This document shows, in pieces, positions 34,572 through 45,553 of a stretch of DNA of 64,000 nucleotides. Both the position numbers and the translations under genes were made by a program. Location: positions 1,152,001 through 1,216,000 of the forward strand of contig CAVYSW010000003.1 of the NCBI GenBank assembly GCA_963771275.1. The letters are read 5' to 3'. A model generated the notes under the pieces. The model ran no database searches, was not told the origin of the DNA, and saw only the letters and a list, made by a program, of their open reading frames with translations. The stretch's first letter is position 1. Each line of letters starts with the position of its first letter. Source of the stretch: an uncultured Gemmatimonadales bacterium (lineage in GTDB: Bacteria; Gemmatimonadota; Gemmatimonadetes; Gemmatimonadales; GWC2-71-9).

Positions 34572-35867
34572 ATGCATACCGGTCAGTCTGGGCGCCGGGT
34601 GGTGGTCGTTGGAGGATGCCGGACGCCGTTCTGCAAGGCCGGTACGGCACTGAGACACCTCCCGGGCGTGGACTTGGCCCGTCACGCCACCCTCGAGCTG
34701 GTGCATCGCTGCGAGCTCGAGGGTACGCTCGTCGACGAGATGTATTTCGGACAGGTGGTGGCAAGCCCGCTGGCGCCGAACCTCGCGCGCGAGGTGAGCC
34801 TCCTACCGCAGTTCCCCCGGGACATTCCTGCCGCGTCCGTCAACCGCGCCTGTGCGTCGGCCAACGCCGCCATCGCGATCGGCGCAGATCAGATCGCCGC
34901 CGCTCGTGCGGACGTGGTGATCGCGGGTGGCGGCGAGAGCCTGTCCGACGTGCCGATCCTCCACTCGCGTCGCTTCGCCGACCTGTTGATCGGCCTCAGC
35001 CGGGCGCGCAGTCTCGGCGAGCGGCTCGGCCTCCTGGCGACGTTCCGCCCGCGCGATCTCGTGCCGGTGACCCCGACGATCGCGGAGCCGTCCACGGGGG
35101 AGTCGATGGGGCAGTCGGCGGAGAAGATGGCGAAGGTCAACGGGATCACACGGGAAGCGCAGGACGCCTGGGCCGTGCGCAGCCACCAGTTGGCGCAGGC
35201 CGGGATCGCCGATGGGCGCCTGCTCGCCGAGATCGCTCCCGTCTTCCCGCCGCACGGTGCCGGCGACCCGGTGGACCGGGACAACGGAGTCCGCGCGGAC
35301 ACGACTCTGACACAGGTGGCCAAGCTCCCGCCGGTGTTCGACCGGAAGTACGGTTCCGTGACGGCCGCGAATTCCTCGCCGCTCAGCGACGGCGGCTCGG
35401 CGGTCCTGCTGATGAGCGCGGAGCGCGCCGCCGCGCTCGGCTATCGGCCGCTGGCGGCGATTCGCGCGCATGCCGTGGCCGCGGTGGATCCCGGCTGGCA
35501 GCTCCTCATGGGGCCGGCCATCGCGGTGCCGCGATGTCTGGATCGGGCCCGGCTCGCGCTCAAGGACATTGGCCTGATCGAGATGCACGAGGCGTTCGCA
35601 TCCCAGGTGCTGTCGAACATCCAGGCCTTCGAGTCAAAGCGCTGGGCCGAGCGGCTTGGGCGGTCGGCGCCGATCGGCGAGGTCGACCGGGACCTCGTCA
35701 ACGTCATGGGTGGGTCGATCGCCATCGGGCACCCGTTCGGCGCCACGGGCGGACGCCTCACCATCACGCTCGCCAATGAGATGCGGCGACGCGGGGTCGA
35801 GTTTGGCCTGATCTCCGTGTGCGCGCAGGGGGGCATGGGGTTCGCGATGGTGCTGGAGCAGGTATGA
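34572..35867 (+). CDS. fadI: Acetyl-CoA C-acyltransferase (thiolase, FadI-like)
   Basis: RACAS, HEAF, GHPFGATG and CAQGG motifs; paired with fadJ. Confidence 0.9.
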   Translation: MHTGQSGRRVVVVGGCRTPFCKAGTALRHLPGVDLARHATLELVHRCELEGTLVDEMYFGQVVASPLAPNLAREVSLLPQFPRDIPAASVNRACASANAAIAIGADQIAAARADVVIAGGGESLSDVPILHSRRFADLLIGLSRARSLGERLGLLATFRPRDLVPVTPTIAEPSTGESMGQSAEKMAKVNGITREAQDAWAVRSHQLAQAGIADGRLLAEIAPVFPPHGAGDPVDRDNGVRADTTLTQVAKLPPVFDRKYGSVTAANSSPLSDGGSAVLLMSAERAAALGYRPLAAIRAHAVAAVDPGWQLLMGPAIAVPRCLDRARLALKDIGLIEMHEAFASQVLSNIQAFESKRWAERLGRSAPIGEVDRDLVNVMGGSIAIGHPFGATGGRLTITLANEMRRRGVEFGLISVCAQGGMGFAMVLEQV

Positions 35868-37990
35868 GCGCCTTCACCTGCACCGTCGAGGGCGGGGTTG
35901 CCCGCCTGGTGCTGGACCTGCCGGGCGAGCCGATCAACAAGATCACGCGCGGCGTGCGGGACGAGCTCGACCTGCTGCTCACGCAGCTCAGGGGCGATCC
36001 GGCGGTGCGGGCGGTCGCGTTGCTGTCGGGGAAGCCCGACACGTTCATCGCGGGTGCCGACATTGACGAGTTCGTGGCGCTTGCGTCACGGAACGACGCG
36101 TTCGCGCTGGTGCGGGGTGGCCAGGCGCTGATCAACCGTATTCCCGAGCTCGGCAAGCCGGTGGTGGCGGGCATCCACGGCGCGTGCCTCGGCGGGGGGC
36201 TCGAAGCCGCGCTCGCGTGCACGTACCGGGTCGCCTCGGATCACGACAAGACGAAGATCGGTCTTCCCGAGGTCCAGCTCGGGATCATTCCGGCGGCGGG
36301 AGGCTGTCAGCGCCTGCCGCGGCTGATTGGGGTGCAGCCGGCGCTGGACATCATCCTCGCCGGGAAGACGCTGCCGGCGAAGCCGGCGCACCGGTGCGGC
36401 GTCGTGGACGAGCTGGTTCATCCGGCGATTCTGGAGCGGGTGACGCTGGACACCGCCCGGCGGCTGGCGGACGGCTGGCGTCCGGTGCGGGGTCGACCGG
36501 GCGTCAAGCGCCTGCTGCTCGAGCGGAATCCCCTCGGCCTGAAGCTGCTGTTCTCGCTGGCACGGAAGCAGGTGTTGACGAAGAGCGGTGGGCATTATCC
36601 CGCGCCGCTGGCTGCGCTGCGTGCGATCGAGCACGGCTTGCGCTACGGTAGTGAGGCGGGGATGGAGATGGAGGCCGAGCTGTTCGCGGACCTCGCCGTG
36701 GGCGAGGTGAGCCGCGAGCTGGTCCGCATCTTCTTCGCGACGACCGCGCTCAAGAAGGACTACGGTGTGGCCGAGCCGCCGGATGCTCCTCCGGTGAAGC
36801 GCCTGGGGATCCTGGGCGCTGGGTTCATGGGGAGCGGCATCGGCGGCACGGCGGCCGTGCAGGCAGGGGTGGACGTCCGGTTCCGCGACACCGCGCTTCC
36901 GCCGGTGGCCAGGGGCATCACGGCGGCGCGGCGCATCGTCGATGACCGCTTGGCGCGCCACCGCATGACGCGCTACGAGCACCGGCGCCTGGTCGCCCTG
37001 CTGTCGGGGGGGACGGATTGGGCGGGGTTCGCGAGCGCCGACGTGGTGATTGAAGCCGTCTTCGAGGACCTGGCGGTGAAGCATGCCGTGTTCCGCGAAG
37101 CCGAGCAGCATGTGCGCGACGAATGCGTGCTGGCCTCCAACACGAGCACCATCCCGATCGAGCGGATCGCGTCGGTCGCCCGGCATCCGGAACGCGTGGT
37201 CGGGATGCACTTCTTCTCGCCGGTCGAGAGAATGCCGCTGCTCGAGGTGATCGTGGGCCGGCAGACCGCGTCGTGGGCGCTCGTCACCGCCGTCGACTTC
37301 GGGCGCAGGATGGGCAAGACCGTCGTCGTCGTACAGGACCGGCCGGGGTTCTGGGTGAACCGCATTCTCGGGCCCTACATGAGTGAGGCCGGCCGCCTGG
37401 TGCAGGAAGGCATGCCGCTCGAGCGGCTCGACTTCTTGATGAAGCGCTTCGGGTTCCCGGTCGGCCCGATCACGCTGCTCGATGAGGTCGGTCTCGATGT
37501 GGCGCTCAAGGCAGCGAACGTGCTGAGCGAAGCGTATGGCGAACGGATGCAGCCGCTGGAAGGCCTGCGGCGCATGGTCGCGGACGGCCGTCTCGGGCGG
37601 AAGAGCGGGCGCGGGTTCTACCGGTACGACGGCGGGAAACGGCGCGGCGTGGACGATTCGGCGGGTGCGGTGCTGGGCGTGAAGGCGGGTGCCCCGCCGC
37701 CCGACGAGGACGCCGAGCAGCGGCTTGTCTACGCCATGTTGAACGAGGCGGCGCACGCCCTCGATGAGGGCGTGGTACGCTCCGCGCGGGACGGGGACAT
37801 CGCGGCGATCTTCGGGATCGGGTATCCGCCGTTCCGGGGAGGCCCGCTGCGCACGCTTGACCAGACCGGAGCCCGGCGTGCCGTCGACATCTTGGAAGCG
37901 CTCGCCCGGGCGTACGGCGAGCGGTTTGCGCCGGCGTCCGCGCTCGTGCGGATGGCGCAATCCGGCGGGTCTTTCTACTCCAACTCCTGA
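35864..37990 (+). CDS. fadJ: Fatty acid oxidation complex subunit alpha (FadJ-like)
   Basis: Enoyl-CoA hydratase (AGAD, GGGLE, LPE) plus 3-hydroxyacyl-CoA dehydrogenase (GAGFMG, SNTS, HFFSP). Confidence 0.92.
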   Translation: MSAFTCTVEGGVARLVLDLPGEPINKITRGVRDELDLLLTQLRGDPAVRAVALLSGKPDTFIAGADIDEFVALASRNDAFALVRGGQALINRIPELGKPVVAGIHGACLGGGLEAALACTYRVASDHDKTKIGLPEVQLGIIPAAGGCQRLPRLIGVQPALDIILAGKTLPAKPAHRCGVVDELVHPAILERVTLDTARRLADGWRPVRGRPGVKRLLLERNPLGLKLLFSLARKQVLTKSGGHYPAPLAALRAIEHGLRYGSEAGMEMEAELFADLAVGEVSRELVRIFFATTALKKDYGVAEPPDAPPVKRLGILGAGFMGSGIGGTAAVQAGVDVRFRDTALPPVARGITAARRIVDDRLARHRMTRYEHRRLVALLSGGTDWAGFASADVVIEAVFEDLAVKHAVFREAEQHVRDECVLASNTSTIPIERIASVARHPERVVGMHFFSPVERMPLLEVIVGRQTASWALVTAVDFGRRMGKTVVVVQDRPGFWVNRILGPYMSEAGRLVQEGMPLERLDFLMKRFGFPVGPITLLDEVGLDVALKAANVLSEAYGERMQPLEGLRRMVADGRLGRKSGRGFYRYDGGKRRGVDDSAGAVLGVKAGAPPPDEDAEQRLVYAMLNEAAHALDEGVVRSARDGDIAAIFGIGYPPFRGGPLRTLDQTGARRAVDILEALARAYGERFAPASALVRMAQSGGSFYSNS

Positions 37991-38005
37991 CGAATCGACG
38001 AAACC

Positions 38006-38941
38006 ATGCTTCGAAGCACCTTCCTCTGGCTGAGCGAACGGCGGGGCCTGTTCAACTTCATCCGGAAGAACGGCCTGGCCCGGCAGTTCGCCTCGCGGTT
38101 TGTGGCAGGCGAAACGCTCGACACCGCGATCGCTGCGACGCGGGACCTGAATGCCAAAGGCATCACGACCACGCTCGACCTGCTGGGGGAGAGCGTCACC
38201 AGCCGGGCGGAGTCGGAAGCCGCTCGGGACGCGGCGATCGGGATTCTGGATCGCATCCGCGAGGCGGGCGTGCGGGGAAACGTGTCGGTGAAGCTCACGC
38301 AGATGGGCCTGGATCTCGACGCCGCGCTCGCTGCCGCGAACATCAAGGCGATTCTCGACCGGGCGCGCGCGCATGGCACGTTCGTGCGCATCGACATGGA
38401 GGCGTCCGGGTACGTCCAGCGGACGCTGGATCTCTACCACCAGGACCTGCAGGCCGCGTACGGCGGGGTGGTTGGCGTCGTGATCCAGAGCATGCTCCGG
38501 CGCTCCGAGACCGACGTCGAGCGGCTGCTGCAGACGGGCACGCGCATCCGGCTCGTTAAGGGGGCGTACAAGGAACCGGCCTCCGTCGCGTTTCCCGACA
38601 AGCGGGACGTGGATGCGTGCTTTGCCAGACTGATCGAACGCATGCTCGAGCGCGGCAACTATCCGGCGTTCGCGACGCACGACGAGCGGCTGATCGCGCA
38701 TGCGAAGACGTACGCGCGCGCGCACGGAGTGGGCGCCGAGCGGTTCGAGTTCCAGATGCTCTTCGGCGTGCGGCGGGACCTTCAGGAGCAGCTGCAGCGC
38801 GAGGGATACAATGTCCGGGTCTACGTGCCGTTCGGCACGGAGTGGTATCCCTACCTGATGCGCCGGCTTGCCGAGCGCCCGGCGAATATCGCGTTCATTG
38901 TGGGGAACGTGGCGCGGGAGATCGCCCGGCCGCGGTCGTGA
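38006..38941 (+). CDS. Proline dehydrogenase (monofunctional)
   Basis: RFVAGE, IDME, RLVKGAY, ATHD and YLMRRLAERP motifs. Confidence 0.93.
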   Translation: MLRSTFLWLSERRGLFNFIRKNGLARQFASRFVAGETLDTAIAATRDLNAKGITTTLDLLGESVTSRAESEAARDAAIGILDRIREAGVRGNVSVKLTQMGLDLDAALAAANIKAILDRARAHGTFVRIDMEASGYVQRTLDLYHQDLQAAYGGVVGVVIQSMLRRSETDVERLLQTGTRIRLVKGAYKEPASVAFPDKRDVDACFARLIERMLERGNYPAFATHDERLIAHAKTYARAHGVGAERFEFQMLFGVRRDLQEQLQREGYNVRVYVPFGTEWYPYLMRRLAERPANIAFIVGNVAREIARPRS

Positions 38942-39261
38942 TCGACGACAGCACGTACGGCGGCTACGTGGCGCGCCACGAGCGGCCGCCCGCGTTCGCC
39001 GGGAGTGATGGGCAGGCGTACTCGGTGGCGCCCCTGGTGGACGACGAGCCCGACGCGAGCGGGCGGTACGGCGGGGGGTTCCTGTTCGTGCGCTGGGCGG
39101 AGGGGGGCGATCTGCCCGCCGGCCATGTCGAAACGGAGTATCTCGTGTTCGGGCGGACCCGCGACGACGCGGAGCGCCAGCTCGGGGCGGTGTCGCTGCT
39201 CGAGGTAAAGGCGCAGCTGGACCGGGCCATCGCGGTCCGGAAGGAGAGCGCTGAGTGGTAG
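38938..39261 (+). CDS. Hypothetical protein
   Basis: GTGA-coupled ORF filling the gap before rsgA (STYGGY...HERPPAF.GSDG.AY). Confidence 0.7.
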   Translation: MIDDSTYGGYVARHERPPAFAGSDGQAYSVAPLVDDEPDASGRYGGGFLFVRWAEGGDLPAGHVETEYLVFGRTRDDAERQLGAVSLLEVKAQLDRAIAVRKESAEW

Positions 39262-40169
39262 TGGAGCCGTCGGGCATCGTGCTGTCGTGCGTCGGAGGGC
39301 GGTACCGGGTGTTCGCCGGTGAGCAGATCGTGGAGGCAACCCTGCGCGGGCGCATGAAGCGGACCGGCGAGGCGCAGGTGCTCGTGGGGGATCGCGTGGC
39401 CCTCGAGATGCACAGCCCTCTGGTGGCGACGATCGAGCGCGTCCACGAGCGTGACTCCGTCCTGCGGCGCCGGAGTCCGGGGCGAGCGCGTGGCACGCGG
39501 CCGGTCGCCGCGAACGTGGACCAGGTGGTGGTGGTTGGATCTACCCGGAGACCGGACTGGAACCCCTACCTCATCGACCGGTTCACCGCGGTGGCGGAAG
39601 CGAATCACGTGGCGGCCGTGGTCCTGGTGAACAAGGTGGATCTGGAAGACTCCGCGGAGGCTCACGGGGACGCGTACCGCCGAGCGGGCTATGCCGTGCT
39701 CGCCACCAGCACGAGGACGGGTGTCGGGATCGCTGAGCTGCGCGAGCTCCTCACCGGCCATGTGTCCCTCTTCACGGGGCCGACGGGTGTCGGCAAGTCG
39801 AGCCTGCTCAATGCGCTGGTGCCCGGCCTCACGCTGCGGACCGCCGAGGTGTCCCACCGCTCGGGCGCGGGCCGCCACACGACCGTCTCGGTGGAAATGC
39901 ACGCCATCGGGCAGGGGGGATTCGTGGTGGACACGCCGGGCCTGCGGGATGTCGGACTCTGGGGACTCGACCCGGCGGAAGTGGGTGAAGCGTTTCCGGA
40001 AGTCGCGCCGTACCGCCCCGACTGCCGGTTCGACAACTGCCGCCATCGGGGGGAACCGGGTTGCGCGGTTCGGGGGGCGGTCGAACGCGGTCTGGTAGCC
40101 CGCACGCGGTACGAGTCGTACCTCCGGCTCTTGGAGGAGGCTGAGGCGGCCGCTCGTCCGTGGGCGTGA
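39255..40169 (+). CDS. rsgA: Ribosome small subunit-dependent GTPase A
   Basis: NKVD, GPTGVGKSS, DTPG and CRFDNCRHRGEPGC motifs. Confidence 0.95.
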   Translation: MVVEPSGIVLSCVGGRYRVFAGEQIVEATLRGRMKRTGEAQVLVGDRVALEMHSPLVATIERVHERDSVLRRRSPGRARGTRPVAANVDQVVVVGSTRRPDWNPYLIDRFTAVAEANHVAAVVLVNKVDLEDSAEAHGDAYRRAGYAVLATSTRTGVGIAELRELLTGHVSLFTGPTGVGKSSLLNALVPGLTLRTAEVSHRSGAGRHTTVSVEMHAIGQGGFVVDTPGLRDVGLWGLDPAEVGEAFPEVAPYRPDCRFDNCRHRGEPGCAVRGAVERGLVARTRYESYLRLLEEAEAAARPWA

Positions 40170-40210
40170 CCCCGGGGGCTGGCGGGACCGCGGGCAGCGT
40201 GCGAAGGTGA

Positions 40211-41437
40211 ATGCCGGAATCGCTCCGAAAGGCGGGTATGGCCCAAGGCTCGGTGGCACCGCTGGTCGTGCCGTTCACAGGCGAACGCTATGCGGCGCTC
40301 GACCGTCTCAGCGACCTCATCGCACCGCCGTACGACGTGGTCGACCCGGGTGGGCGAACGACGCTCGCGGCCCGGGAGCCGCACAACGTCATCCACCTGA
40401 CGCTGCCCGAAGGGTACGCGGCCGCCGCAAAGCTGCTCGAGCGCTGGCGGGCAGAAGGGGTGCTCCATCGGGATGCGGGACCATCGGTCTACGTCGTACA
40501 GCAGGAGTTCCTCCTGCCCGACGGCCGCGCGCGGCTGCGCACGGGCGTGATTGCCGGCCTCCATGTGGAGTCCTACGAGCTCGGGAGGGTTCGGCCGCAC
40601 GAGCGCACACACGCGGAGCCCAAGGCCGACCGGCTGGCGCTCGCCCGGGCGACCGCGACGATGGCGGAGGCGATCTTCCTCCTGGCACGGGACGAGCGGG
40701 GCCACCTGCGGCGCCGGCTCGACGGCGTCACCCGTCACGCGCCGACGGTGGTTGCGGAGCTCGATGGGGTCGGCATCGGGCTTTGGCGGGTGGGTGGGGT
40801 TCAGGGACGCGAGATCGCGCACGCCGTGGACCACGGCCCGCTGTACATCGCCGATGGTCATCACCGGTACGAAACCGCCCTCAGCTATCGTCAGGAGAAT
40901 GCCGCCGCCACGCACATCCCCGCGTTCATCGTGCCGACCGCGGATCCGGGACTCGTCGCCCTGCCGACGCACCGCATCGTGGACGGGCAACCCATCGATG
41001 CCGGGCTGCTGCTGCCGCGCCTGGGCGAGCGGTTCGTGGTCGAAGAGCGCGAAGCCGAGCTCGATCCGCAGGGGCTGTTGGAAGGGTTGACCGGCCGGGA
41101 GCCTGCCGCCGTGATCGCGCTGCCGAGCGGCCGGGTCTACGCGTTGACGGCGCGCGCGCCGACCGACGACTGCCTCGAGATCGCGGTGATCGAGCGCGAC
41201 GTGGTCCAGCCCGTGGTGCAGGCCGCCGGCCAGGGGGCCGTGCTGCGCTACTCCGCCGACCCCGGCGCCGTGTTCGACGCGCTGGCGCGCGGGACCGCGG
41301 CAGCCGGGGTGCTGGTGCGTCCGACGCCCGTCGAACGAGTCCTGGAGGTCGCAGACGCGCGTGGCGTGATGCCCCCCAAGTCGACCTATTTCATGCCGAA
41401 AGTCCCGAGCGGTCTCGTCCTGATGCGGTACGCCTGA
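40211..41437 (+). CDS. DUF1015 domain protein
   Basis: PPYDV, PHERT, IADGHHRYE and MPPKSTYF.PK motifs. Confidence 0.9.
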   Translation: MPESLRKAGMAQGSVAPLVVPFTGERYAALDRLSDLIAPPYDVVDPGGRTTLAAREPHNVIHLTLPEGYAAAAKLLERWRAEGVLHRDAGPSVYVVQQEFLLPDGRARLRTGVIAGLHVESYELGRVRPHERTHAEPKADRLALARATATMAEAIFLLARDERGHLRRRLDGVTRHAPTVVAELDGVGIGLWRVGGVQGREIAHAVDHGPLYIADGHHRYETALSYRQENAAATHIPAFIVPTADPGLVALPTHRIVDGQPIDAGLLLPRLGERFVVEEREAELDPQGLLEGLTGREPAAVIALPSGRVYALTARAPTDDCLEIAVIERDVVQPVVQAAGQGAVLRYSADPGAVFDALARGTAAAGVLVRPTPVERVLEVADARGVMPPKSTYFMPKVPSGLVLMRYA

Positions 41438-41462
41438 AACCGGGCGGTCCGGAGCACACGCC

Positions 41463-41714
41463 ATGAGTCCGCGACCCCGTCAGCGCATCCTCGAGAACCT
41501 GGAGAAGATCTACCGCGAGGCCTACGACCGTGCGAAGGCGGAGGACGACCGCCGTCGCATGGCGGAGCTGGACGCCTCGTTCCAGCGGGAGCAGCTGCTG
41601 CTCGAGGTGTTGCTGGACGTGCGTGATGGCCTGTACGCCGTCGCGGAGGCGCCGTCCCCCGCTTCGGCGCTGGAGAAGCTCGACATCCTGCGAAAACTGA
41701 CCCGCCTGGGCTGA
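41463..41714 (+). CDS. Hypothetical helical protein
   Basis: SD GGAG; coding-like 83-aa ORF. Confidence 0.7.
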   Translation: MSPRPRQRILENLEKIYREAYDRAKAEDDRRRMAELDASFQREQLLLEVLLDVRDGLYAVAEAPSPASALEKLDILRKLTRLG

Positions 41715-41813
41715 GCGTCCGGGTTCCCTCGTAGGGTCGCTGTGGACGCGCTTCCCTCCGCCGCACAGCGATTCCGCTCCCCACAGGCCTCGCCCTTTCC
41801 CAGCGGAGGTGCA

Positions 41814-43391
41814 ATGCCCTGCCCTGATGCTCGCCGCGTCGCGCGCCGGAGTGTATACACCTTGGCCGCGCTGTTCTTCGGAGCGGGATCGCTCGGCGCC
41901 CAGGCCCGCTCCAACTACGAAGAGTTGCAGACGTTCTCGGCCGTGCTGAACCACATCCGGATCAACTACGTGGACACGGTGCGGTACCCGCAGTTGGTGC
42001 GCGCGGCGATCGAGGGGGTGTTGCGCTCGCTCGATCCGCACAGCCGGTTCGTGCCGCGTGAGGATGTCGAGCGGTTCGCGGCGCTCGCGCGCGGGGAGCT
42101 CGGCTCCGTCGGGCTGGTGCTCGAGGATGTGGACGGTGTCGTCACGGTGCTCACAGTGACGCCGGCGAGTCCCGCGGCCAAGAAAGGGATCATGGCAGGC
42201 GACCGGCTGGTCGCGATCGACGACACCACCATGGCAGGCGTCGAGGCGAAGGCGATCGAGCTCAAGCTCGCGGGTCGCAAGGGGAGCAAGGTCACGCTTT
42301 CGCTCGAGCGCGGCCCCCGCTTCGAGCCGCAGGCGTATCGGGTCACGCTGAAGCGAGACCAGGTGGGGGAGCGCGCCGTGCCGATCGTGCGCATGCTCGA
42401 CGCAACCACGGGGTATGTGTGGCTTGCAGAGTTCACGGGCCGCGCGCCCGACGATCTCGGAGAGGCTCTGGGGCGATTGCGCGGGGAGGGCGCGAAGCGG
42501 GTGATCCTCGACCTGCGGGGTAACCCTGGCGGCCAGGTGAGCGCCTCGGTGGACATCGCGTCGATGTTCCTGCCGCGGAACACGCTGGTGTTCCGCACGC
42601 GGGGCCGCAAGCAGGACGTGGATGAGGATTTCGTGACCACGCGCAACGGGCAGTTTCGCGACGTTCCGCTGATTGTCCTGATCGACCGTCGCAGCGCCAG
42701 CGCGTCGGAGGCGCTTGCCGGCTCGTTGCAGGACCACGATCGCGCGCTCCTGGTCGGGCAGCGCAGCTTCGGTAAAGCGCTCGTCCAGGCCCCGTTCGCG
42801 CTGCCGGCCGGGGACGTCGTGTGGCTTACCATCGGGCGGGTGCTGACCCCCAGCGGGCGGTTCATCCAGCGCCGCTACAGCGGACTCCGGACCGAGCAGT
42901 ACTACGCCTTCGCCGGGCGCTCGGGGGCGGCAGCTGACACAACGACGGTTTTCCATACCGATGCCGGCCGGGAAATGCGTGGGGGCGGGGGGATCACCCC
43001 GGACGTGGAGGTGGCCACACCAGTCCCCCTGCCGGTGTGGCATGCCCTGGCCGCGGACAGCGGCTTCGACGATGCGGTGTCGGACAGCGTCGCGGCGACG
43101 CTGCCGCGCACGGACGCCGCACGCGCCGAGTGGCTGGCTGCCCGGGAGCGGTGGCGGTCCGCGCTCGTGGATCCGTTTCTCGAGCGGGTGCGCTCGCGGC
43201 TTGGGGTTGCGGCGGTGCCGGACACCGGCGTGATGCGGAGGCTTGGCCGGGGGATGGCCGCCCGGGTCGCGGAGGTGCGATGGGGTCCGGACGTGCGTGA
43301 CGAGCTGCTCCTGCAGGAGGACCCGGTGCTGGCCACGGCACGCGCCCTGTTCCCGCGGCTGCCGGCCCTGCTGGCCTCTCCGGCCAAGTAG
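41814..43391 (+). CDS. S41 family C-terminal processing peptidase
   Basis: LDPHS, PDZ domain, [14 protein letters not shown] and FGK motifs. Confidence 0.92.
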   Translation: MPCPDARRVARRSVYTLAALFFGAGSLGAQARSNYEELQTFSAVLNHIRINYVDTVRYPQLVRAAIEGVLRSLDPHSRFVPREDVERFAALARGELGSVGLVLEDVDGVVTVLTVTPASPAAKKGIMAGDRLVAIDDTTMAGVEAKAIELKLAGRKGSKVTLSLERGPRFEPQAYRVTLKRDQVGERAVPIVRMLDATTGYVWLAEFTGRAPDDLGEALGRLRGEGAKRVILDLRGNPGGQVSASVDIASMFLPRNTLVFRTRGRKQDVDEDFVTTRNGQFRDVPLIVLIDRRSASASEALAGSLQDHDRALLVGQRSFGKALVQAPFALPAGDVVWLTIGRVLTPSGRFIQRRYSGLRTEQYYAFAGRSGAAADTTTVFHTDAGREMRGGGGITPDVEVATPVPLPVWHALAADSGFDDAVSDSVAATLPRTDAARAEWLAARERWRSALVDPFLERVRSRLGVAAVPDTGVMRRLGRGMAARVAEVRWGPDVRDELLLQEDPVLATARALFPRLPALLASPAK

Positions 43392-43408
43392 CGACTATTA
43401 TTGGGCGC

Positions 43409-45553
43409 ATGCCCCAGAGGACCCCACAGAAGAACAAGGCCCCAGCGCGACGCGGTTCCGCCTCCCGGCTCGAGAAGCCGGAGCTCCTGGACATGTACCG
43501 CCTGATGCTGCTATCTCGGCGGCTCGACGACCGGGAGATCCAGCTCAAGCGCCAGAACAAGATCTTCTTCCAGATCTCTGGTGCCGGTCACGAGGCGATC
43601 CTGGTGGCGGCCGGGAAGGTGCTCAAGCCCGCGTACGACTGGTTCTATCCGTACTATCGCGATCGCGCCCTCTGCCTCGCGCTCGGCATGACCCCGACCG
43701 AGATGCTGCTCGAAGCGGTGGCGGCCGCGGACGATCCGAACTCCGGCGGCCGTCAGATGCCGTCGCATTGGGGCCACCAGGCGCTGAACATCGTGAGTTC
43801 ATCGAGCCCGACCGGCACGCAGTATCTCAACGCGGTCGGGTGTGCAGAAGCCTGGCTGCGCTACCACGAGATCGAGGACATCCCGGATCGCCTCGAGCGC
43901 ATGCGGAGCGACGAGGTCGTCTTCTGTTCCTCGGGAGACGGCACCACGAGCGAGGGCGAGTTCTGGGAGGCGTTGAACTCCGCCAGCAATCTGAAGCTTC
44001 CGGTGCTCTTTCTGATCGAGGACAACAAGTACGCGATCTCGGTCCCGGTGGAGGTCCAGACTGCCGGCGGGTCCATCTCGAACCTGCTGTGCGGCTTCCC
44101 CGACCTCTACGTCGAAGAGGTGGACGGTTGCGATCCGCTCGCGTCGTTCGAGGTCATGAGCCGCGCGGCGACGTACTGCCGGAGCCGGCGCGGGCCGGCG
44201 CTGGTCCACGCCCACGTGATCCGACCGTACTCGCACTCGCTGTCGGACGACGAGATCATGTACAAGATGCCCGAGGAGCGAGAGGAGGAGGCACAGCGGG
44301 ATCCGCTCCGCACCTTCTCGGCATGGCTGCTCGCCGAGGGCGTGGCGAGCGAACCGGAGTTGGAGGACATCCGGTCCCGCGTGGAGGAGGATATCGGGGT
44401 CGCGACCGAGATAGCCCTCGCGTCGCCGCAACCCCGACCGGAGACGATCCACCAGTTCGTCCACTCCCCGGATGTGGATCCCACGGCCGAGCAGTTCGAC
44501 ACCGAGGACGACCCCCAGTTTGCAGGGGATCCCACCACGATGGTGGACCTGCTCAACAAGTGCATGGAAGACGAGATGCGGCGCAATCCGCGGATCGTCA
44601 TCTTCGGCGAGGACGTGGCGGACACCTCGCGCGAAGAGCACATCGATCAGGTGAAGGGCAAGGGGGGCGTCTTCAAGGTCACATGGCTGCTGCAGAAGAA
44701 GTTCGGACACGCGCGGGTGTACAACTCCCCGCTCGCGGAGGCGAACATCGTCGGTCGGGCCATCGGGCTCGCGACACGCGGGCTCAAGCCGGTCGTGGAG
44801 ATCCAGTTCTTCGACTACATCTGGCCGGCGTACCACCAAATCCGGAGCGAGTTGGCGCTACTCCGGTGGCGCAGCAACAACGCGTTCAGCGCGCCGGTCG
44901 TGCTGCGGGTGACCTACGGCGGGTACCTCCGAGGTGGGGCGATCTACCACTCGCAGACCGGGGCGGCGCTGTTCACCCACATCCCGGGGTTGCGGGTGGT
45001 ATGCCCGGCCACGGCGCTCGACGCCAATGGGTTACTGCGCACGGCGATCCGGTGCGACGATCCCGTGGTGTTTCTCGAGCACAAGCATCTCTACCGACAG
45101 ACGTACAACAAGGCCGCCTATCCCGGCCCGAACTTCATGATCCCGTTCGGCAAGGCGAAGGTGGTACGGGCAGGGACGGACCTCACAGTGGTCACGTACG
45201 GCGCGGTGGTGCAACGCACGCTCAACGCGGCCCGACTGGTGGCCGAACGGGACGGCATCAGCGTGGAGGTGATCGATCTGCGGTCCCTCAATCCGGTGGA
45301 CTGGGACCGGATCGGGGACTCGGTGCGCAAGACCAACCGGGTGCTGATCGCGTACGAGGATTCGCTGTCGTGGGGGTACGGGGCGGAGATCGCCGCGCGC
45401 ATCGCCGGGGAGCACTTCGCCTGGCTCGACGCGCCCGTGATGCGGACTGCGGCGACGGACACGTTCGTGGCCTATGCCCCGGAACTGGAGGATGTGATCC
45501 TGCCGCAGGTGGAGAGTATCGCGACCGCGATCAGGGAGCTGCGCCGCTTCTAG
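43409..45553 (+). CDS. 2-oxoacid dehydrogenase E1, fused alpha/beta subunits
   Basis: GDG...EDN TPP motif, HSLSDD, GEDVA, EIQFFDY and EHK motifs. Confidence 0.92.
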   Translation: MPQRTPQKNKAPARRGSASRLEKPELLDMYRLMLLSRRLDDREIQLKRQNKIFFQISGAGHEAILVAAGKVLKPAYDWFYPYYRDRALCLALGMTPTEMLLEAVAAADDPNSGGRQMPSHWGHQALNIVSSSSPTGTQYLNAVGCAEAWLRYHEIEDIPDRLERMRSDEVVFCSSGDGTTSEGEFWEALNSASNLKLPVLFLIEDNKYAISVPVEVQTAGGSISNLLCGFPDLYVEEVDGCDPLASFEVMSRAATYCRSRRGPALVHAHVIRPYSHSLSDDEIMYKMPEEREEEAQRDPLRTFSAWLLAEGVASEPELEDIRSRVEEDIGVATEIALASPQPRPETIHQFVHSPDVDPTAEQFDTEDDPQFAGDPTTMVDLLNKCMEDEMRRNPRIVIFGEDVADTSREEHIDQVKGKGGVFKVTWLLQKKFGHARVYNSPLAEANIVGRAIGLATRGLKPVVEIQFFDYIWPAYHQIRSELALLRWRSNNAFSAPVVLRVTYGGYLRGGAIYHSQTGAALFTHIPGLRVVCPATALDANGLLRTAIRCDDPVVFLEHKHLYRQTYNKAAYPGPNFMIPFGKAKVVRAGTDLTVVTYGAVVQRTLNAARLVAERDGISVEVIDLRSLNPVDWDRIGDSVRKTNRVLIAYEDSLSWGYGAEIAARIAGEHFAWLDAPVMRTAATDTFVAYAPELEDVILPQVESIATAIRELRRF